From Amoeboaphelidium protococcarum X5 (Eukaryota; Fungi; Aphelidiomycota), in NCBI GenBank assembly GCA_023515725.1, contig JALDTO010000208.1, positions 954,367-1,018,366 on the forward strand: a stretch of DNA of 64,000 bases, read 5' to 3'. Positions 48,439-64,000 of the stretch are shown in pieces. Below the pieces are notes generated by a model, which had not been told where the DNA came from, did no database searches, and saw nothing but the letters and a program-made list of their open reading frames with translations. A program made the position numbers and the translations under genes. Numbering within the stretch: position 1 is the stretch's first letter; every line of letters starts with the position of its first letter.

Positions 48439-48744
48439 GCAGTGATTTACACTATCTACATGACAATGCACTCTTGTTGCACCATTGCTCAATTCAAGTC
48501 AAATTTTCATTATCTTTAGATTATTTAAATTACTCTTGAAATTCTTTGAATAGTGCTGGTTGCGTCTTTGGTTTCATTCAATGTGGCGAATCGACGTTTC
48601 GGTGTTGGGAACGTTTAGTCCAATCATAGATGGTCCTAAGATTTTCGTGTCACATTTGCGCTATTAGATTCATCATTTGTTAATTTACCGCAATACATTT
48701 TCACTCTAGTATATATTCATCAAATATCAATACTGATTCCAAGC

Positions 48745-48996
48745 ATGTAGTATCCGGAAACGTTTGAATAAAGGTGTATGAGAATCGAGCAGAGACTAGA
48801 CGCGTTAATAGTTAAGGTTGAACAATTGAGGAAACAAGTTGATCTAATCGAAAGGGATGTTTCACAGCACGCTGTTGATTTTAGTAGAAATAGGGGAGAT
48901 TAATACCGAGCTATGCCGAATTCTACTGCACCTCATGCTCTAATGCTTAACGTGTAGAAATCCGCCTCGTATCTCGTTTAAGTTGTGACAATATGA
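48745..48996 (+). CDS. Small coiled-coil hypothetical protein, 83 aa
   Basis: Table-6 ORF with heptad pattern (IEQRLDALIVKVEQLRKQVDLIE); no family recognised. Confidence 0.35.
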
Positions 48997-49536
48997 TGTG
49001 AAGACGGCGTTCACATTGTCTACTGTTGCTGCAAATAAGTGCCCCGCTTACCTGTCAAAATAATAGAGCTACAAATTAAGTAAATGATGACTTAAATAAA
49101 AATACGTAAATTCCCAATTTTCCGGTATTTAGACAGGGCCTTAAATTTTTCACCACTTGCGCGTACCCACTACTGTATTGACTGAGAGCCATCTCAATTC
49201 AAATTCACAGTCTCAGGTATAGTTCGAATATAGGTATATCAATCGATAGTTTCAGAGATCTATTGCAAAACATAACTTATTTTATCTGGTGTTGCAGATA
49301 TTTGAGTGGGCGACAAGAATATCTAATTTTTGGCGTTGCTTTGTTTCTTCCAAACATATCCTAGCAACTTCTGTCGAACGGCCTTTTGTTTCTAATTAAG
49401 GAATTTCGTTTCCAATCAGAGCTGTTTCAAAGATTTCTTGCCACTTACAGGATATGGTGCACTTCTTCTACTTCTATTCCGCGTAAACATTTCACTCGAT
49501 TTCATTTAATTATTTCTAATACTTCTACTGTGAGAC

Positions 49537-50076
49537 ATGGCTTCATAACCTACCTTAGATTGGGCTCGTAGCATTGAACAATAGTTGGAGGCTTAAAGCC
49601 AAATCATTGCTCAGTTGAACATGCAAATTACTCAGTTGCATTAAGACAACGATTAGCAGAAAAAAGATTATGCTGAGTAGATGGCAGAGAATGCTGAGTT
49701 GAAGGCAGAGAATGCGCAGCTGAAAAAAGACAATGCTCAGCTGAGACGAGATGTCTAAAAGATTGCTGCTTATGTGAGAGATATTAAAGATAAAATGCGA
49801 GATTCTCGTCTCGCTATTGCTAAATCAACGGCGTCTTAAAATCTCGCCAGTTAAATGGCCTTCCGTTTCCTCTGGAATTTTATATAAACAATTCTTGGGT
49901 AGATGGCTCTAAAATAAACTAGTATTGAGCGCTGCTGGCTCCACGTTTATAATCGTTCTGGGAATAGCGATTGCAAGTGGCAATGTGACTAATTTAATTT
50001 TCGGTATTTCGGTAATACATGGCTAGCCTTAAATTGCCTTGCCAGGGATGGGTGTTTACTGTTGGGCTTAGCTTGA
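49537..50076 (+). CDS. Coiled-coil/leucine-zipper-like hypothetical protein, 179 aa; 3' end runs into a tandem repeat
   Basis: Heptad repeats ENAELKAENAQLKKDNAQLRRD in a table-6 ORF. Confidence 0.5.
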
Positions 50077-50360
50077 AATTAATGACCACTTAGCCAACAT
50101 CAAGCACATGGAATAGCTGCAGCGGTCATATGATGAATTGTTTTAATCGATCGAAAATGCGCTCTGGGAATAGCGATTGCAAGTGGTAGTGTTACAAGTT
50201 TTTTTACGGGATTGCAAGGTTGGAATCAAATTGCCTTGGGAGTGGTGGGTGTTTACTGTTGGGCTAAGCGTGAAATTAGTGATCACTTAGCCAACATCAA
50301 GCACATGGAATAGCTGCAGCGGTCATATGATGACTTGTTTAAGTTTTAATCGACTGAAAA
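49957..50360. repeat. Two-copy imperfect direct tandem repeat (~200 bp unit) containing a hairpin
   Basis: TCTGGGAATAGCGATTGCAAGTGG at 49957 and 50163; near-identical GGGTGTTTACTGTTGGGCT...CACTTAGCCAACATCAAGCACATGGAATAGCTGCAGCGGTCATATGATGA in both copies. Confidence 0.9.
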
Positions 50361-50583
50361 AGAATCATGATCCTTGTATTCATAAAACTCTTGTCCCATA
50401 AGTCTTGTCCATAAGTATTTATCGTAACCCTTTTTAGTCTCCGTGTTTGCTTACAAGTGAGAGCCGCCCTCGCGACTTCATTCTTCGCACCTATCTTTAT
50501 ATTGTACGTTCCTCATTCTTTGTCGCCAAATTTTATCTCCTTCTTCAATAACAACATCAATACCTCCCAATCTTTATAATAGT

Positions 50584-57666
<7,083 letters not shown>

Positions 57667-57831
57667 TTTCGGGATAAGTTTAAAAATAAATAATAAATAA
57701 AGTAGTCAAAAATGTGACATTGATACGTACTTTTTAGTCTTTTATGATCAATCATGTTAATAATACCCAGTCATCCAAGCCCCATTAATAACTTGTGTGA
57801 GATAAGTAGATAAAAGGACTAAACTTAGAAC

Positions 57832-58612
57832 TCACTTTTCAGCTTTATCCTTTCCAGCTTCCGCAGGAGCAGCAGCAGCAGTACTAGACTGAGTGGATGA
57901 GGTGGACGCAGCGGCAGCCTCCTTTTCCTTCTTTGCAGCCTCGCTGCCCTCCTCCTTCTCAACTTCCTTCAATGGAACCAGCTGAGGTACTTCATCCTTA
58001 GACTTGCCCTGAGATAGAAGATCATTCACCTTCTTGCAGGTCTCGAAGGACTCCTTGAACTTGTTTGCATTCTCAGCATTCGCAAATCTGATAGCCAGCG
58101 TCTCCGCAGTAGCCTCACCCTCCGCATAGTCAAGAGCGACATTATACACCCAAGAGCGATCGCTACCAACGTTAGGCACCAGCTCCATATCATTCGTAAT
58201 GTAATGGTTGGCGCAGACTTTATGAGTCTTATCACGACGCATCACCAATCTGACGCGATGGGAAAGCTTGTGCTGCAGCAGACGAACATCTCCAGTACCT
58301 CGCTCCTTCCACTCGCCAGCATCCTTGTCGTGTCTGAATAGCTTGGCGCGCATCTTGAACACTGGATGCTCCTCCTCTTCATGAGTCTTCACCTCAACTT
58401 TGTGCTCAAGCTTGATCACCGGCTCAAAGTGGACATCGACAGACTCTTCTGGCTGATCATCGTCCTCGTTCTCCTAGGCGGTGGATGCTACTACCTGAGG
58501 CTCCTTTTCTTGCTACTCCTACTCTTTCTACACATTATGAAAATTAAAATTTATCGCTTAAATTGATTCCATATAATGTTAGACTTACCAATTTACTCTC
58601 TACTTCAGTCAT
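57832..58612 (-). CDS. YRB1: Ran-binding protein 1 (RanBP1/Yrb1); exons 58589-58612 and 57832-58527
   Basis: [10 protein letters not shown]...FKMRAKLFR...[12 protein letters not shown]...[13 protein letters not shown]...GSDRSWVY; 61-nt GTAAGT...TGTAG intron in phase 0. Confidence 0.93.
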
Positions 58613-58834
58613 TTGTATTTTTGGATATTATGAACTTTTTCAATAAAATTTTAGGCTCTACTGCTGCGTTAAAGAAAGCTCCCGTATCGCCTCGAGTGAA
58701 AACGTTGAATAGAAAATCTGACTGACTGACGCGACACTAACAAGGGAGAGAGGCTCAAGTACAAACTGAAATACAAGTAATAATACGAAATTCAAAGTAA
58801 ATTGGTGGCAAAATTAAATTCAAATAATAATTAA

Positions 58835-59581
58835 TCATAGAAACGTAGAAACCATCATGGACAGGCCAGAGATAAGTGAGGATAATAGAAGCGAAGAGCC
58901 ATGTCCACTTAGTGATGAAGCAGAATTGCTGCGAGAACGCGTATTGTTAAGTGTGAGATCAAGATCAGTACCTTGGCCATACAGAATAGATGGCACAAAC
59001 ACATTCTGACCCGTGACGTGATCCAGAGCCAAGTCAACTTTATCAGTCTGAGGTGCAGGTAGACGACTGATGGTACCGTTATTTGACGCGATACCGAATA
59101 GACCAGAGGCCCATCTACCGCGATAGGTGGCGTTATTATCGCCGGGAATTGGCTGATAGAAATCATCCTAGAACAGAATCTGATAATTGCGACTAGGTAC
59201 AATCTAGTTTCCATACTTTGCAAGCAGCTCGACAGCGTTCAAGTAATAGCACGAGCATTATTACTTTTGAGGATCAAAATTAGACACCAGCTTCAAATCC
59301 AGCCCAGTATCGAGATTCAAGAGGTATACAGAGACGAGAATATTGCTCGGCGGCAGGTAATCATTAGATCCAACCAAGCCATCGGTATCAGTCTTCAAGT
59401 ATGGAAATTACGCGCCATTGGGCTATTGCTGAGAGAATAGAATAGTCTGCCCATCATATTTATTGCCAAACACGGTAGATTACGCCAGTTGTTTGCCTTG
59501 CCAATCAATCTGAGCACTAACCGTGGTGATCGTTATCAGAAGCAATTGCAGCATAGACACGGCATAATTTACTCTAAACAT
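58835..59581 (-). CDS. Predicted secreted GPI-anchored surface protein ('CSCY' family member 2), 248 aa
   Basis: Signal peptide ending ITITTVSA, Ser-rich omega region (SNSASS) and hydrophobic tail; motif similarity to 36051-36767. Confidence 0.8.
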
Positions 59582-59902
59582 TCTTTAATTACTGTATGAT
59601 TCACCTAGATTATTATTGATTCGAAATATCAACTATCTACTCAATGGAGTTAAAGACTAGATCCCCCTAAATACGCGGTCAGTTATCGCCATTCTGATTT
59701 GCCACCACGAGGCTCGCGTCACATTCAACGTTGCACGCTTATTTGATTTAGCGATGGTAACACTCCCAATTGCAACGCAGTAACATGTAACATCAGAATG
59801 TGTGTTTATATTAAAGCTGGATATGAAATGCAATTTTATCACAAAATGCAGTAATGAACACTGAAAACAATTCAATATTACAGCACGTTAAAACGCCGTT
59901 TG

Positions 59903-61195
59903 TCATAATAATAAAGATGATAGGCATTGATATAGATCCCAACACAGATCTTTCGCGTCTTCGCAGCCAATACTTACTCTGATAAGACATTAATCTTCGC
60001 TGTCATCCATGCCCTGACCAGATTAAGTGCTTTGCTGTTTCTTATTATCATATTACGCCCTGTAATCTATTAATGAATGTACACCGCCAAACGACGTTGC
60101 AGTTTTGAAAATTTTCAGTCGAGTCTCACCACCAGTCAAAGTATTTGATGTATTATTAGCACGATCATTTTACAGCATGCCGCATTAGCTAAACTGTCTC
60201 GCCATTTTCCTAGATTTAAATATTAGAGAGAATACAGGACTTATCACTTTACAAGCTGGATCTTATACGAGTGGATGAAGAACTTGACGTATGATGCTGT
60301 CAAAGTGTTCAATATATGGTGGAAAGTCAGTGTAAAGCCTACGATCTAGACTTTGCGTCAAGTATGCAACCACCACCTGCACACTGTCACGCTGTTTTGT
60401 CAGACGCAAATCGAAAGTCATTAAACTTCTTACAAGCATCCAAGCATCATGACTTTACATTACAGTGCCAAGCAGAGTACGCTACTCCTTCAAAACTATG
60501 CTGTCATTATGATTTAAAGTGGCAACCATTCCACCTTGAACGTCAGCGTGTCCGCCATGAAATTTCGTCAGAGAACATACCAAATACTCAGGTGCCAAAT
60601 CTCTCATAACATCTTACAGAGGATAAGGCGCCATAGTGTTATCAACAGCTACTTTGAACTTTCTATCACCACTAAACAACTGAGCATATACGCGCGGCAA
60701 TCTCTAGCTAATTAGGAAACCGGTCTCATTCATGGGAAACTCTATCCAGACAAGAGTATTATTACTTACATCGCCATCAGGTATGTTTGACGTGCCAGAC
60801 CAGTTACTAGTCATATCGTGACAGACAGCCCAGCCATGGGATCTCTCGCAGTAAGCATTAATAGCGCGACGACTCTAATAGTAACCACAGAGGTAGTAGA
60901 TGACTTGAGGCTGACAATGGTACAACACGGCTTGGATCGCTGCCATACCGCTACAATACACGGACACATACAGGGGCTCGGGTGCACCAGTTGACATTTA
61001 AGCCAGAGTTTTCTCTGCCAGCACCACGTTGGGACTCGCAATTCTACCATAGATATACTCTCCCGGTTACAAGTAGGTGGTTGACGTGTAATTAGGTGGC
61101 GCTATGGGGCAGACTAAATTAAAAGATGTGTCCCCTTCAGCGGAGTGAATAGCTCTAGTACTCAGGCCAAATTCTGGAGCTGCGGCTTGTTTCAT
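59903..61195 (-). CDS. Cys/Met-metabolism PLP-dependent enzyme (cystathionine gamma-synthase/beta-lyase family), 430 aa
   Basis: FGLSTRAIH, YIYGR..SPN, SGMAAI, VWIEFP, VDNTMA, PLP-lysine motif SLTKFHGGHADVQGG, ATSFGGVHSLI, LIRVSIGCED. Confidence 0.9.
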
Positions 61196-62529
61196 TATTT
61201 TATTAGTAGAGGCGTATTATAACTGTTAAAAGAAGTTACAAGTATAAGTAAAACTGGATTTATCTTTTTCAATCAGGCAGCGGAATTCAAAGTCCATAAA
61301 GCGAGAAATCTGACTGGTAATCACTGTACGTTGTGGACAATTCTAGCTGTATTAAGAACTCATGCGAACGCGTGATTTCGATCTGGATGAACGCGATAGT
61401 ACTGATGTGATGTTTAGAAGACTGAACTGATGGCATCAATGACTTAAAATTGGGAAATATTGAGTAGCAATTTTTACTTTTGAATATTTCATCTTCATTA
61501 AAGAAGAAATCGCTCCATGGATATACTGGTTAAGAATCCTTGCTGGGTGAATGCAACGTCCATCTGGCAGAACAGGAAGATTTCTTGCTCTCCGATTAGG
61601 GCAGAGCTGGCCACTCTAGGAATTGAATGCTCATCAACGTTTCGGGGCTTACTAAGAGACTTGGCGCAAACTGCTTGTACGTAAATAATACCGCGTCTGC
61701 GAAGAAGATGAATCCAATTGCTACCAGGTGATCGTGAATTCATTTCATTATCTGGGAAATAATCATGGCAATGGTATGTTAAAGACATCCATGTTAGCTA
61801 AGTCTTCGGCGATCGGTGAGACACAACTTCTGCCATGATTGGTGAAGATATCAAGCCTTGTAAATTCAACCCGCTGCCTGATGTAGAAATTCTGACTGCC
61901 TCTCATCCCATCAATTTCGGCACTGGAAATCCTCTATATCTGCTGGAATTCCTCCTAAGTTTGTCTGAAACCATTCCTCTAAGTTTGATCTTTTTGGCGT
62001 TCATGAGCGACAGATTGGAGAATCGCTAAGTCGATAATGCCTTGCTGGTCGTAAATTGTAAAGACCTGGTGTAAGTCCTCAAAGCTGGCATATTCCCTGG
62101 TCATTTTGCTAAAACTGGACATCTGCTAAGACTCCTGATGTCTTTCTCCACTTCATTGGATGCCAGAGATGAGTTTGGCCATCTCATATGCAGAGGAATT
62201 CTAGTTAAAGAGGCTGTAGGTGCGTCTTTTCTCGCCATGATAGTAATTGTAAACCTGCAGTTAGACGTTAAAGAATTTAATAAACTTTATTCAAACCAAT
62301 ACTGTGAAGATAGCTTGATTGAAAATTTCGGTTCATATAGTTGTCGCTCATTAGAGAATTATTGTCAAAGGCTCTCTACTTTACCAATAGTATCTGTGAA
62401 CTGAACTTCTTGGTCGGAATGTCCTGGACATTGCTGGTGTATTTGGAGATGTATTGGTGTTTCCCCATGTTTATATCTTTGTACTGAATACCAAGATTTG
62501 ATTTTGTCTACTTGAATGCATCCTGTTAA

Positions 62530-62886
62530 TAAGAGTATGGAGAAGTATGAAGAACGAGCATAATTAGGATGCATGGTTCAGACGTGTAGCCCGGCTAGAG
62601 AATGCTGTCCGACAAACAATTCTCTAATTAACCAAATTTGAATCCTGAAAATGCCTCGTAATAATTGGTGTTCGTTGGAGCAGCTGGAAATCATGTATCC
62701 GCTCAGTCTGGTAGAATGAGACATCCTCCGCTGGTTTAGTTTAGGTCTATTCTCTCTAAATACGCTATTATCAAATTTACACCAGAGAATTATTCCAGTA
62801 CACGCTGCAATAGATGTCCGGACTTTGCTATTGAATCAGGGCGTGCTTCTCTTCGAGATGGTAACATCCTAATCGGGCTGAGTTGA
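62530..62886 (+). mobile_element. Second Fanzor/TnpB-like fragment (bridge helix, RuvC-II, Zn-finger start)
   Basis: Table-6 translation LVFVGAAGNHVSAQSGRMRHPPLVQFRSILSKYAIIKFTPENYSSTRCNRC (catalytic-type E at 62785, CxxC at 62806-62817), then RDGNILIG and TGA. Confidence 0.68.
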
Positions 62887-63669
62887 TAATGATATATAAG
62901 ACCAATAAATTTGTACATTACAATCTATTTCAAGACAACTAAGAGATGCCTGGCTAGTTTTCAGTCTAGGATATTAACTGCGAATGCAATGCTATCATGC
63001 TCCAGAATTAAATCGCTCCATGGAGCAGAGTGTTGCCGGTGGGTTTTACATGATTTTGCTATGCAATGCTCTTGTTGCATGCCAGTCATGTACGGCATCC
63101 CATGTAAACATTACTTTGGTTGGTACGTTAACGATGCTAATACGTAGGAAGTATGTTTAAGAGGCCTTTCAATAACAATTACAATTCGTCGAGCTGGCCT
63201 TCGCAATTTGCTGAAGTGTACTTAGGACAAGAATGAAAAGCTATCCGAATATGTAAACAAACAGCAAGCAGCTAGTCACAATGCCAGAGTTGCAATCGAC
63301 AATTATGGAAAAGTTTGGTGTAAAGAATTGCAACTGGCCATATCATTGTTCGGTATAGACGCCAAATTCCGTCTTGGAAAGTAGTGGCGGATGAAAGGTT
63401 GTACCTTGTTTAGTTTTAGACCGACAAGGACAAGATCACTAGAACCGATTCGAAAAGCCCACTTTATAATAGAAATCAGTCATAATCCGCCAACAGCTAT
63501 TGTGGCGAGACATTTTGTGAAAGCTGGTCTTGAGGTATATCAAAATTACGAGACTTACCGAGAGCAGGAAATAGAAATTAACGAATACTTAACCTCAAGC
63601 TAAAGTGCAGGCAATAGAAGGAAGCTAAGTTCACTGTAGATAAGCAAAATGTCGAGGTTTAAGAAGTGA
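62887..63669 (+). mobile_element. MULE/Mutator-like transposase C-terminal fragment (SWIM zinc finger)
   Basis: CSCCMPVMYGIPCKHYF (CxC-x(n)-GIPCxH SWIM) at about 63067-63117, and NYGKVW further downstream; no DDE core visible. Confidence 0.6.
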
Positions 63670-63979
63670 GTAGAAAGCGAAGGCCAGCGAACATGGCATG
63701 AAGATTGACGCGTTAGCGAGTGATTGGTGATCGGGAGTTTGTCGCCTCTCTTATCTGAAAGATTTTGGATGAATTATGATTTATAAGATTGAAATAGTGA
63801 ATAGTAAAAAAAAATTATCTTCTGGAATTGAGGTTTCCATGCTTGACTAAGAGGTCCATTAGAACGGTGGTTCTCGTGTCCCTGTTGATACTTCTGTTGT
63901 CGATAGTCTACGTATCAGGACCGGTCTCAAAGTAATCAGACGCACAATACTTTTGGAAAAATAGGCTATTAATAAAATT

Positions 63980-64000
63980 TATATATATATATATATATAT
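63980..64000. repeat. (AT)n microsatellite at the window end
   Basis: TATATATATATATATATATAT running to base 64000. Confidence 0.85.

Noticed and set aside
49957-50360. CRISPR array
   Set aside because: Only two long units, no short repeat-spacer periodicity, and a eukaryotic context.
61495-62240. Minus-strand coding-like remnant next to the second Fanzor fragment
   Set aside because: Broken by TGA stops and frame changes with no recognisable motif; may be decayed mobile DNA but cannot be called.

Overview
Gene-dense eukaryotic nuclear DNA of a fungus-related organism that uses a non-standard genetic code: TAA and TAG encode Gln and TGA is the only stop (translation table 6). The supplied standard-code ORF track is therefore fragmented. 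Re-read by hand with table 6, the fragments join into about 30 nearly intronless genes, and every complete gene ends in TGA. The code, the fungal-type genes (fungalysin, Rim15, AOX) and the parasite-type genes (Crinkler-like, secreted proteins) fit an aphelid such as Amoeboaphelidium protococcarum; this is an inference, and Nephridiophaga is another UAR=Gln fungal-related lineage. Housekeeping genes include DUS1, COX12, SF3A2, a TRA2-like RRM protein, pelota, muskelin, SDH6, VMA1, SCY1/CEX1, AOX, RIM15, PRP18, RBMX2, PGM3, TFIIIA, SER1, EMP24, PRP8, RanBP1 and one tRNA-Asn. The most notable accessory content is two degenerate Fanzor/TnpB-like RuvC loci written in the host's UAR=Gln code (about 40.5-42.0 kb and 62.5-62.9 kb), the second abutting a MULE-type SWIM transposase fragment. 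Also notable are a U-box-VWA-Hint (Vint) protein, a pair of paralogous GPI-anchored 'CSCY' surface proteins, an invariant TGTAG 3' splice site in all five introns found, and a cluster of 1-nt homopolymer frameshifts at 39-43.3 kb. Coordinates were derived manually and start codons may be off.
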